From assembly GCA_037137535.1 (NCBI GenBank), contig JBAXKC010000043.1:1-21544 (forward strand): a stretch of 21,544 bases of DNA. The letters run 5' to 3'. The position numbers and the translations under genes were made by a program. The stretch comes from a bacterium. Lineage in GTDB: Bacteria; Cyanobacteriota; Vampirovibrionia; Gastranaerophilales; JBAXKC01. This document shows, piece after piece, positions 1 through 9,700 of this stretch. The first letter of the stretch is position 1; the number at the start of each line of letters is the position of its first letter. The notes beneath the pieces are model-generated. The model worked only from the letters and a program-made list of their open reading frames with translations, was not told the DNA's origin and did no database searches.

Positions 1-59
1 GAAAAATCAGGATGTTTATTTTTTATACTTTTCAGGTACTTTGCGTAACTCCTGTTAAC

Positions 60-98
60 AAAAAAAACGGACTTTTATCTTCAAAAATAAAAGTCCGT
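60..98 (-). terminator. Intrinsic (rho-independent) terminator downstream of the MCP gene
   Basis: Perfect 12-bp inverted repeat ACGGACTTTTAT (67-78) / ATAAAAGTCCGT (87-98) with an 8-nt loop. The A-run at 60-66 gives a poly-U tail on the minus strand. It lies about 50 nt after the MCP stop. Confidence 0.85.
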
Positions 99-150
99 CA
101 ACATTATAAAAAAATTTAAACTATTAATAAAAAGCGTGATGATTTTACAC

Positions 151-2778
151 TTAAAGTTTAAATATCTGCACAATATGAGCTAATTTTTCGGCTATACCAG
201 CTAGTACCTGACTTGTAGCAGCAATTTCCTGACTTGAAGCCGTCTGTTGTTGAACAGCAGCAGCTACTGTTTGCGTATTATCAGAGGCTTGTTTTGATAT
301 ATTTGAAATATGTTCAATAGATTGAACTATTTCTTGTACTCCACTTGTTATGATTCCTGCATCTTTTGCTACATTATTTGCTTTTTGAGATACATCTTTA
401 ACAGCAGTGCTTATTTCCTCAAAGGAATTACCAGCTTCATCTATTAGCATATTGCCGACTTTTACAGCTTCTATTCCTTCTTCCATAGAGATATTAGCTT
501 TAATTACTTCTGTATTTATCTCTTTTATTATAGTTCCAATTTGTTTAGCTGCTGTTGATGTTTGTTGAGCTAAATTTCTTACTTCCGCTGCTATTACTGA
601 AAAGCCTTTGGCATCTTTTCCTGCTCTTGCCGCTTCTATAGAGGCATTAAGAGAAAGTAATCCTGTTTGTTGTGCTATTTTAGAAATCATAACAGTCATG
701 TTATTTATTTCTTTTGATTTTATTCCTAAATCATTAACAATTAATGAAGAAGCAATAACTTTTTCATTAATTTCTTTTATTTGTAATATGGCTTTTTTAA
801 CGTTTTCATTTCCTTCTAGTGATTTTTCTGCAGTTGAATTTGAGAGTTCAGACATATTTAAAATATTATCGTTAACTTTGTTTATTTTTTCAGAAATCTC
901 ACATGCAGTCAGATATGATTTTTCGCTCATAATGGCCTGAGTTTCCGCACCTTCGGCAACATCTTGAATAGACATTGATACTTGCTCAATAGCCCTTGAT
1001 GATTCATCCGTAATTGCAGTAAGTTCTTCTGCGGCTGCGGACATTTGAGAAGCACCATCAAAAATTTGTCCTACTATGTCTTTAAGATTTGTTTGCATTT
1101 TTCCAAATGCTTGGAACAAATCATCAATTTCTTCATCTTCAATATCTTCAATTTGAAGTTTTTCTGTAAGATCCTCATCCGCAATTCTATTTGCTACTTT
1201 TGTCAGTTTTTGGAAAGGATTAGCTATATTTTTAGCAATAAAGAAAGCAATTACCCCTGCTATTGAAACAAAACTCACAATTAAAAGTATCGAATTTAAT
1301 GTATTTTTTTGTTGAGAGCTAGAGGCTTCATTTACTGATTTTGCATTAAGTTCTTCCATTGCTTCACTTGTACTTTGTTCTGCAACAGGTTTTAATTCGT
1401 TAACAGCGGAAGAAGAGGCTTCTTCCGATACTTTGTTCATAAGTATAATTGATGCTGAAACTTGTTTTTTTGCTTCTTCATTCATAACATTTTCTGATTT
1501 TTTAGCAGCATTTATTGCTTTTGATTCCATTGAGGATACGGCCATTGCTAAATGTTTATCTGCTGTTGCTCTGATTATTCCCAGTGTGTTATTAGTTTGA
1601 CTGTTTATTTGATTTTGCATATCCTTTACAACCGAAAAAGCTTCTGCTGTTGGCTCAACAATGATAACATTCCAGCCTAGCGATTTAACAGTAGAATGCA
1701 AACCAAGAACTTCGGTTCCGTCATTTAAAGTAAATACTTTTTTGTCATTATTTCCAGATTTTATGGATTTTACAATTGGATTTGAGGATAAATTTGCTTT
1801 TTTAAGCATAAGTTGTTTATCAGGGTGAAAAATTATTTGTCCGTCATGATCAAGGATAAAAATATAACCTGATTTCCCTATTTTTGTATCAGAAAGAAGA
1901 CTTTCTATACTTGAAAGGTTTAAATCTGCAACAATTGTTCCAACATATTTACCTGGGTAAAGTTGTATAGGAATTCCTAATTTTACATAAGGATATTGTC
2001 TTTTAGATATTTTTACGTCTGATACATATAACTTTCCTCGAGCAGCACTGGCGAACTCAGGAGAAGAAGAGATATCTTTAAGATCGGAAGCATATACCGC
2101 TTCATCAATAGATACTTTTGCAAGCTCTAAACCTGTTTTGTCGGTAATAGCTATATTTGAAAGTTCAGGGAATTTTTTTTGCATAGAAGTAAAAATTGAA
2201 TTAAGAGCAATTGGATCAAGTTTTTTTACATCGGCTAATCCTGCAAATAGCTGTAGAACCTCTTGTGAGTGAACAACCTTTATGTAAATTTCTTTTGCTA
2301 TATTGTCAGCTTTTTCTTCGTTTGTTTGAATAACAGCTCTTCCAAGACTTTCTTTTGAAAGATTTATAAGGTTATTTCCTGTATTTCTGATAGCTGTTTC
2401 TGTAACTTTGCCCACATTGTCATTGGTGTCTTTAATAGTTCTTTTAGAAAGAGCGCTTAATTCATTGCTTGTAGAAAGAAGCGATTGCTTACTTAAATTG
2501 ACAAGACTTTCAGATGTATTGTTTATTGTCTTATTACTTAAATCTGACGAATTTTTCAAGGATTTATGGAGAATTCCTCCAGAAATATTTATCAGACGGT
2601 CGCTTGTATTTTTTATATATGATTTGCTTATTGACCCTAGAAAAGAACTCGTCTTCATTAAACTGTTTTTACTGGAGTCACTTAGTAAAAAGCCCATTAA
2701 TATAAGAGGAACTCCTACTAGAAAAAGCAGCCAAATGACTAATTTTATTATTATTTTTCTTTTCTTTTTTCTTGCCAT
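151..2778 (-). CDS. Methyl-accepting chemotaxis protein, 875 aa: TM1 - helical repeat stalk - dCache_1-like sensor - helical repeat stalk - TM2 - HAMP - MCP signalling domain
   Basis: Signalling-tip motif IAQQTGLLSLNASIEAARAG..GFSVIAAEVRNLA. Cache motifs YVSDV, GTIVADLNL, GKSGYIFILDHDGQIIFHPD and GWNVII. TM segments at about aa 9-32 and 497-515. HAMP-like segment NPFQKLTKVANRIADEDL...EEIDDLFQAFGKM. Confidence 0.95.
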   Translation of the reverse strand: MARKKKRKIIIKLVIWLLFLVGVPLILMGFLLSDSSKNSLMKTSSFLGSISKSYIKNTSDRLINISGGILHKSLKNSSDLSNKTINNTSESLVNLSKQSLLSTSNELSALSKRTIKDTNDNVGKVTETAIRNTGNNLINLSKESLGRAVIQTNEEKADNIAKEIYIKVVHSQEVLQLFAGLADVKKLDPIALNSIFTSMQKKFPELSNIAITDKTGLELAKVSIDEAVYASDLKDISSSPEFASAARGKLYVSDVKISKRQYPYVKLGIPIQLYPGKYVGTIVADLNLSSIESLLSDTKIGKSGYIFILDHDGQIIFHPDKQLMLKKANLSSNPIVKSIKSGNNDKKVFTLNDGTEVLGLHSTVKSLGWNVIIVEPTAEAFSVVKDMQNQINSQTNNTLGIIRATADKHLAMAVSSMESKAINAAKKSENVMNEEAKKQVSASIILMNKVSEEASSSAVNELKPVAEQSTSEAMEELNAKSVNEASSSQQKNTLNSILLIVSFVSIAGVIAFFIAKNIANPFQKLTKVANRIADEDLTEKLQIEDIEDEEIDDLFQAFGKMQTNLKDIVGQIFDGASQMSAAAEELTAITDESSRAIEQVSMSIQDVAEGAETQAIMSEKSYLTACEISEKINKVNDNILNMSELSNSTAEKSLEGNENVKKAILQIKEINEKVIASSLIVNDLGIKSKEINNMTVMISKIAQQTGLLSLNASIEAARAGKDAKGFSVIAAEVRNLAQQTSTAAKQIGTIIKEINTEVIKANISMEEGIEAVKVGNMLIDEAGNSFEEISTAVKDVSQKANNVAKDAGIITSGVQEIVQSIEHISNISKQASDNTQTVAAAVQQQTASSQEIAATSQVLAGIAEKLAHIVQIFKL
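1327..1641 (-). repeat. Seven degenerate 15-aa repeats between the Cache domain and TM2 of the MCP (aa 380-484)
   Basis: AFSVVKDMQNQINSQ / TNNTLGIIRATADKH / LAMAVSSMESKAINA / AKKSENVMNEEAKKQ / VSASIILMNKVSEEA / SSSAVNELKPVAEQS / TSEAMEELNAKSVNE. Position 8 is always M/I/L, position 5 is mostly V/L/I/M and position 12 is mostly A/S. Confidence 0.7.
2359..2673 (-). repeat. Seven 15-aa repeats between TM1 and the Cache domain of the MCP (aa 36-140)
   Basis: SKNSLMKTSSFLGSI / SKSYIKNTSDRLINI / SGGILHKSLKNSSDL / SNKTINNTSESLVNL / SKQSLLSTSNELSAL / SKRTIKDTNDNVGKV / TETAIRNTGNNLINL, followed by SKESL. Confidence 0.8.
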
Positions 2779-2818
2779 GATTTTTTACAAGCCCACCCTT
2801 ATTAAATTCTAAAAATTT

Positions 2819-2855
2819 AACTAATGCTTAGGTTTTAATAGCCTAAGCATTAGTT
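2819..2855 (-). terminator. Strong stem-loop between the substrate-binding protein gene and the MCP gene (partial terminator or mRNA-stabilising hairpin)
   Basis: Perfect 14-bp inverted repeat AACTAATGCTTAGG (2819-2832) / CCTAAGCATTAGTT (2842-2855) with a 9-nt loop, 10 nt after the upstream stop. The minus-strand tail AAATTTTT is an imperfect U-tract. Confidence 0.65.
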
Positions 2856-2865
2856 TATATGAAAT

Positions 2866-3858
2866 TTACTTGCTGTCTGCTTCAATAACTTTTGTTACTT
2901 TATTGAAAAATTCTTCTGGTACTGTAATTCCAAGAGCTTCAGCTGCTTTTAAATTAACAATAATATTTGGAACATCTTGAAGTTGAACAGGCATTGTTTG
3001 AGGTGATTGACCTCCTAATACTTGTTTTGTCATTCCCCATGTTTGAGTTCCAAGCTTAAAGTAATCAGAACATAAACTTGTTAATGCTCCAACTGTTGTT
3101 GGTGGCTCATTTGCTGAAAATACAGGGATTTTAGCAGCAGTTGCAACTTTAATGATTTTTTCTGCATCTACACTTCCAACCATTGTATCAGCAGGGAGAA
3201 AAATAGCATCAACTTTGCCAACAAGGGCTTCAGTTGCTGCGGCCAACTCATCAACGCTTTTAGCAGGACTTGTGAGGATTTCTGTAAATCCAAGCTTTTC
3301 TTTTGCTACATTAACTTCATTAACTTGAACTAAAGCATTACTTTCGGCATCTTTATAGATAATTCCAAGTCTTTTTACGTTTGGAACAACTTCTTTAAAG
3401 GATAAAATTTGTTTTTCTACAGATTGTTTATTGCTTGTTCCTGTAAAATTATTTTTTGTTTCTGTCAAACTTGCTACAATTCCTGATTTCACAGGATCAG
3501 TTACAACTGAAAACAGTACAGGAGTGGTAACACCATGTTCAAGTAAATACTTTGAGCCTGTTGTTCCAACGCTACAAATAGCATCATAGTTTCCTGCTTT
3601 TACTTGTTCTACCATTGTCGCTGCACTTGCGGGATCTTTTTTAACATCATAAGTATCTATAACAATGTCTTTTCCTGCGACAAGTCCATCTTTTTCAATT
3701 CCGTCTAAAAATCCTTTATAAGCTTGATTTAGAAGACTTGAGTTTAAATCCCAGCTCCATATAGCTATTTTATTGATTTTTTTTGTAGCCGCCATAGAGG
3801 GCAGAGCCATAAAACATAGTAAAAAGAACATCAAAAAGACTGCAAATAATTTTTTCAT
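2866..3858 (-). CDS. ABC-transporter-type substrate-binding protein (ABC_sub_bind/TrpX-like family), 330 aa, Sec signal peptide
   Basis: Family motifs PVLFSVVTDPVKSGIV, NFTGTSN, VPNVKRLGIIY..ESNA, VDAIFLPADT, DYFKLG and IVNLKAAEALGITVP. The start is moved from the ORF-track 3885 to ATG 3858 because AGGAG (3867-3871) lies 8 nt upstream and MKKLFAVFLMFFLLCFMALPSMA is a typical signal peptide. Confidence 0.88.
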   Translation of the reverse strand: MKKLFAVFLMFFLLCFMALPSMAATKKINKIAIWSWDLNSSLLNQAYKGFLDGIEKDGLVAGKDIVIDTYDVKKDPASAATMVEQVKAGNYDAICSVGTTGSKYLLEHGVTTPVLFSVVTDPVKSGIVASLTETKNNFTGTSNKQSVEKQILSFKEVVPNVKRLGIIYKDAESNALVQVNEVNVAKEKLGFTEILTSPAKSVDELAAATEALVGKVDAIFLPADTMVGSVDAEKIIKVATAAKIPVFSANEPPTTVGALTSLCSDYFKLGTQTWGMTKQVLGGQSPQTMPVQLQDVPNIIVNLKAAEALGITVPEEFFNKVTKVIEADSK

Positions 3859-3994
3859 GGAATTTACTCCTAACTTTAAACTCACTCATAATAAATTAAT
3901 AATTTATATTATTAATTCCTAAATTATAATATCATTTTTTTTAAAATTTGTGTAATATAATTTCAATTTTAATATATTTAACGAATAAAAACAG

Positions 3995-6769
3995 TTATTT
4001 ATTCTCTGCTCTAAGTAAACAACTGATTTGTTGACTATACTTCTGATAAAAATAGGATAATAACAGCATTATTACTCCCAATCCAATATACGAAATAACT
4101 CTATATAATTGACTAAGGAAAGAAAGATCAATTATGAATACTTTTAATACCGTTATTCCAAGGATTGATAACGCTATATACCATACAGGTTTTATTTTAT
4201 GCAGGATTCCCCAAATCATAAGTCCTATAGAATACATTAGCCATACGCCTGAAATTACAAGTTGTTTTAAATTGTTAAAAAGGTTTAATTTTCCACTATC
4301 AGTGGCAATAGAGCTATTATTTGTTAATAAAAAGATTTCTTTGGCAAACAAATCTTTAACTTCAATTGTTAAAATGAAGAAAATTAAAAGGCTTAAAGTT
4401 ATTTGTATTAATTTAATATACGGATAAATTAAATTATCCTGTGAATTTTGTTTTAGCCATTTTGTTATACAAATAAGTGTAATTATCAGAATTGAAAACA
4501 TAAACATTCTTTCATTGAAGAAAATCGTATAATTCTCAATAGGCACAAAAGAAAATCCATAGAAAATCCCAGCTGATAATGCTAATATTATGCTAAAACT
4601 TCCGCATATAATTAATGGTGTGTTTTTCTTTTTAATTCCTTTTTTAATCAAAGGAATCGAATATAAAGACCAGACTATTGCTAGAAGCATATTTTTACTA
4701 AATAATATACTTTGAGTTATTCCTCCTGTTAAGTTTGTTTTCTTTGTGAAAAAGTCTGAAATTTCACAATTCAACAGGATAAAAATTAATAAACACCAAA
4801 GATAAGTACAAATATTTTTTATGCCTTTAGCCCAAGAATAATTTTGTTCATATTTTTTAATAATATTTGAAGTATACATAAGGCTTAGAGCGGTTAGGCA
4901 AAATGCAACAAAACGCATATTAATTAAAGGTAAAAAGCTTTCAATCGGAGTAAAGGTTAATCCTGTAATTAATAATTGTAAAACCGCAATTGAAATGCCT
5001 GCAAAGCCTGAATATATAAATGATTTTGTTGTTTTATTGAATCCTGCTCTTAATAGCTGAAGCGAATAAGACATCCAAACTATAACTTGTATCATGGATT
5101 TATTAAAGTTAATCAAGTTTGCGGTGTTATTGATTGAATTAAAGGCAAGTTTTGTCATAAAATCATTTACTTCAACGCTAAAGATGATAAATAAAAGTGT
5201 ACACCAGCAATAGTTATAATACTCTTTGAGCAATTTTGTATTTTCTGTTTTATTTAATAATTTTGAACTTATTGCCAGTAAACTTATTAAAATAAGGTAT
5301 GTCATTGTTCTTAGGTTTAATAAAGGAGTATAGTTGTTTAATTCTATAAAACCAAGTGCTTGTTTATTAAAAAGTAACGTTATCATTGAAATAGAAAATA
5401 AATAGGTTGCAGTCTTATATACATAGTTTTTTTGATATTTAAGACCAAGCCATAGTATAGCAAAGGCTTCAATTGACCACATTATTATTTTACTAAATCC
5501 TGTATATTCAATATTAGTAGCGATAACAAGTAATAAAATAGAGGCAATGATGTTTTGTTTCAGATAGTTTTCAGGTTTGTTGAATTTCTTATAAGTGATA
5601 AGTCCCAAGGCAAAATAGATTAAAGATATTATAAAAGTGATAATCGCTATTGAATTATGACTGCAAATTGTATTCATTCCTGCATAAAACATAATTCCGT
5701 TTAATATATTTGAGTAAATTCTTGTATTATTTCCTTTTGAAACTCGGAAAAGGTCTAGCCCTGTGTATCCCATCCATATTGAGAATAAGAAAATAAATGA
5801 AAGCATTGCATTATTAGTTATAGTTGGATTTGTTGTAAAAAAGATGAAATAAGTAGTAAAAATACTTATAAATTCTAATGATTTCCAATTTTCTTTTTTT
5901 ACAAGTAGTGCTATAATCCATCCGTTTAAAAATATAAGATAAGTTAATAACCCCACTATATTTCCTCCGCCCGAATATAGAAGAAAAGGAGTTATAAATC
6001 CGCCTGTCAGTCCTAGTAAGGCAACGGCAACCGAGTCATATTTTAAAGCCTGTTTAAAGGCAAGAATTGTTGATCCGCTCATTAAAACTAATGCAAAACG
6101 ATAATCAATTAAGTGGTAAAAATTAGACGAAGCAAAGGTTGAAAGATAGGAAACCGCTATTCCTGCTCCTGCAAGTCCTTGTGAGAAAGATTTATAATGA
6201 TCTTGTTTAAAGAAATGATTTGCTCCGTAGATAAGTCCTGCCGCAACTAAATAACCTGTTAATATTTGAATGAGAGGGTTGATCCAGTTTTCATCAAAAG
6301 CATATTTTAGAAAAAATCCCATTCCTAAAATTAAAGCTAAAGCTCCGATTTTATTAAACAGGTTCGCCGTTATAAATGTTTCAATCTCTGATTTTTCTCG
6401 TGCTTGCTTATCAGTTTTAGAAAGAATAGGTTCTTCGTTTTCAATTTCTTTTTTTTCTTCATAAAGCTCATTAAAAATAGGCTCATAAGGTTTTTCGGCT
6501 TCTTTTATTATTTCAACTGTTTCTTCCTGAATAATTTCTTCTTTAATAGGTTCTTCCTGATTATCAGAAATATGATTTAGTTTTTTTATTTCAGATTCAA
6601 GCGTAAAAATTCTATATTTTAATTGTCGTATTTCTTCGTTGAACTCTTCTTTAATCTCTTGAATAAGATAAAGAAGAGTTTCTTTATTATTTTTAGGTGA
6701 AGTATTATTTGTTTTCACCAGCCATACAATTCCGTAGATTATTAAAATTAAGAATAATAATGTCATCAT
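3995..6769 (-). CDS. DUF2339-like polytopic membrane protein, 924 aa
   Basis: N-terminal TM, coiled coil and acidic linker, then the family-typical ETFITANLFNKIGALALILGMGFFLKYAF, FSQGLAGAG and LLGLTGGFITPFLL. The C-terminus has LKVFIIDLSFLSQLYRVISYIGLGVIMLLLSYFYQK. It starts 6 nt after the upstream stop, so it is likely co-transcribed. Confidence 0.85.
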   Translation of the reverse strand: MMTLLFLILIIYGIVWLVKTNNTSPKNNKETLLYLIQEIKEEFNEEIRQLKYRIFTLESEIKKLNHISDNQEEPIKEEIIQEETVEIIKEAEKPYEPIFNELYEEKKEIENEEPILSKTDKQAREKSEIETFITANLFNKIGALALILGMGFFLKYAFDENWINPLIQILTGYLVAAGLIYGANHFFKQDHYKSFSQGLAGAGIAVSYLSTFASSNFYHLIDYRFALVLMSGSTILAFKQALKYDSVAVALLGLTGGFITPFLLYSGGGNIVGLLTYLIFLNGWIIALLVKKENWKSLEFISIFTTYFIFFTTNPTITNNAMLSFIFLFSIWMGYTGLDLFRVSKGNNTRIYSNILNGIMFYAGMNTICSHNSIAIITFIISLIYFALGLITYKKFNKPENYLKQNIIASILLLVIATNIEYTGFSKIIMWSIEAFAILWLGLKYQKNYVYKTATYLFSISMITLLFNKQALGFIELNNYTPLLNLRTMTYLILISLLAISSKLLNKTENTKLLKEYYNYCWCTLLFIIFSVEVNDFMTKLAFNSINNTANLINFNKSMIQVIVWMSYSLQLLRAGFNKTTKSFIYSGFAGISIAVLQLLITGLTFTPIESFLPLINMRFVAFCLTALSLMYTSNIIKKYEQNYSWAKGIKNICTYLWCLLIFILLNCEISDFFTKKTNLTGGITQSILFSKNMLLAIVWSLYSIPLIKKGIKKKNTPLIICGSFSIILALSAGIFYGFSFVPIENYTIFFNERMFMFSILIITLICITKWLKQNSQDNLIYPYIKLIQITLSLLIFFILTIEVKDLFAKEIFLLTNNSSIATDSGKLNLFNNLKQLVISGVWLMYSIGLMIWGILHKIKPVWYIALSILGITVLKVFIIDLSFLSQLYRVISYIGLGVIMLLLSYFYQKYSQQISCLLRAENK

Positions 6770-6775
6770 TGTTTT

Positions 6776-9700
6776 TTACGCTCCAACGTTATTCAACCTT
6801 TGATAATACCACTTCTCTACTTCTTTACGCTTAACTTTTCTTGTTGCAGTTTTTGGTAATTCTTCAAGGTTAACCGTAATAACTGTCGGGCATTTATAAG
6901 AAGCAAGTTCAGCTTTTGCCTGTTTATTTACTTCTGAGGTAATAATTTTTTCTAATTCTTTAGGATTGTGCTGATATTGTTTAACTAAGTCATCGGAGGG
7001 AACTATAACGGCACATACTTCTTCTGTTCCGTCTTTTGCTCCGCCCTTAATTTTAACGCTCATAACGCATAGTTCTTTGATTAGTTCATTTTTGGATAAG
7101 GTTGCTTCGACTTCTTCGGGGAATATTTTCTTTCCTCCGCCTAAAACAATCATATTTTTAATTCGACCTGTTATATAAAGGAATCCGTCCTTGTCAAACT
7201 CTCCAATATCGCCTGTATGAAACCAACCTTCTTCATCTATTACTTCTGCGGTCATTTGAGGATTGTTGTAATAGCCTTTCATTAAGTTTGGACCTTTAGT
7301 TAAAATTTCACCTTCTTCTGAAAGTCTTATGATCACACTTGGAAGAGGTTTTCCTACAGAGCCGATGCGATTATCTTCGGGCGTATTTGTAGTTATTGAC
7401 GGGCTTGTTTCTGTCAATCCGTAACCTTGATAAATTGGAATTCCAATTCTTTCAAAGAATTCTCCTACTTCTGTTTCTAGTGGCGCACCGCCGCAGACAA
7501 AGCCTTTTAATTTTCCGCCAAAACCTGCAATAACTTTCTTAAACATAATTCTTCTAATGTGAATAGGCATGTATTTTGCAATTTTATACATAAATTCAAA
7601 GAGGTTTTGAGCTGTTTTATCTGATTTGCGAATTTCTTTTTCTACGCTGTTTTTAAGCATTTTTACAAAAAGCGGAACGACAATCATATATGTTGCCTGT
7701 CTTTCCTTCATAACTTTGCCGATTTCTTTAGGATTTAAGCTTTTGCAGTATGAAACTCTAGCTCCCATATAAAGCATTCCAAGAAAGCCGACATTCAGCT
7801 CTAAAAGGTGATTTAAAGGTAAGATTGAAACAAGAGAATCATTGGAATTGATTTTAAATACTGATTCAAAATCTTTTAATTGGGCGATAATATTTCCGAA
7901 AGTTATCATAACTCCTTTTGGATTACCTGTTGTGCCTGATGTATAGATAATTAAAGCTGTTTCGTCAAGTGTTCTGTCTCTTCCAATATCGCCTTGCGGA
8001 GCTTTTAGTTCATAAACAGATCTAAATTCACAACTTTGCGGTTTTTCTTCTATTACGAAGATATTTTCTATTGAAGGTATATTTTTTTGTAATTCTTTAG
8101 CTGTCTCAATATAATGTGCGGAAACGCATAATATTTTTGGTAAACAATCTGACAAAATAGAAATTAATTCAGCGTTAGTCAGCTTTATATCAAGCGGAAC
8201 GGTTATTGCTCCTGTCTGTATGGATGCAAATAAAGCAATTCCCCACTCTGGTCTTGATTCTGATAAAATAGCAATTTTATCGTTTCTTTCAAGTCCGTTA
8301 GCGATTAAATAATTTGCAAAGTTTTTTGCCTGTCTTGAAAGTTCAATGTAGCTTAATTCTTTCCAGCTGTCTTTATCTTTAAGTGATAAGGCTTTAACAG
8401 GTCCGTGGATGTCGCCTTTAAACTGCATTAGGTCAAGCACGTTTTCATAATCAGTTTTAGCTGCTTTTATTTTTTCTTTTCTTTCAATAGAATCCTTCAT
8501 AAATTGAACTCTGTCTTTGAGTTCATCAACAACGTTATCTTCCAGGTTGTAGATAGGTTGCCCGAATTGAATAGTGATTTTCTTGAATGTAGGAAATAAT
8601 TTATTATAAGCCCAAGCTTCAAAACCGCCGTGAATTACAAACGGAACTATGGGAGTGTTGCTGTTTTTTGCCATATAAGCAACGCCTTTGTTGAATTTGT
8701 TCAGTTTCCCGTCAGTAGTTAATTTCCCTTCGGGAAATATACAAAGGACTTCACCTTTTAATAGTTTTTTAACGGCAACATCAAGGGCTTCAACTCCTTT
8801 TCGAGGTTTAATTGCTATTACGTTAAAATAGTTTATGATTAACCTTATTACGGGAAGATTAAAGGCAACTTCGCCTGTGATAAACCATATCGGTCTTTTA
8901 CAGGCTACTTGAAGTATTAAAGTGTCAATCCAGCCTGTATGATTACCTGCAAGTATCATTTTACCGCTAGTTTTAAGATGTTCTCTTCCTTCAATTTTTA
9001 TTGGAAAGAAAACTCTAAAAATACTGCCAAATGTTGTACGTACTAAAAAGTGACGGAATGGGCTGTCAAAAAGTAACACAATAAGCGCCATTGAAAAACT
9101 TAATGCGGAAACGCTTTTAAATACATTAATCGGGCTTTTAATTGTCAAAACTTCGGATACAATCCACATTGTAGCTAGAAATGCACCTGTTGTAACGGTT
9201 GAGCGGAAACCGAAGATTTTTCCTCTTAATCTGTCTGGGGTTACTTTTTGGAGAATTGTATCTAATGTAATTAAAATAATAGAATTTGCAATTCCTATTA
9301 AAACCAGCCAGCCCCAAGCCATTGAATAAGTTTTTACAAGCTGAGCCGTTGCTGTTGTAAGGAAAATAGCAAGAAATGAGCCTGCGAGCAAATAAGAAAT
9401 TCTGATATATTTGCTTAAATACAAGGTGATTAATGTTCCCAATATCATTCCCACTCCAAGCATTCCTTTGAGTTTGCTTACTCCCGAAATTCCGATTTTA
9501 AAATAGTCGGTAGCTAGAGCGTTCATTGAATTGAAAAATGATGCTGTAATTAAGGACAAAGCGACTGATAGAAGAATTAATCTTAAAGTTTTTTTATGTT
9601 TTTTTAAATAAGCTAAAGTAAATCCAAAATCTTTAAATACGGTGTTATAAATACATTTGCCTACGCAGATTGTTGTATGTTTGCCAAGCTTCAAAAGTGA

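Noticed and set aside
1-55. AGGAG on the minus strand at 49-53 as the start of a further gene
   Set aside because: No start codon follows at a suitable spacing.
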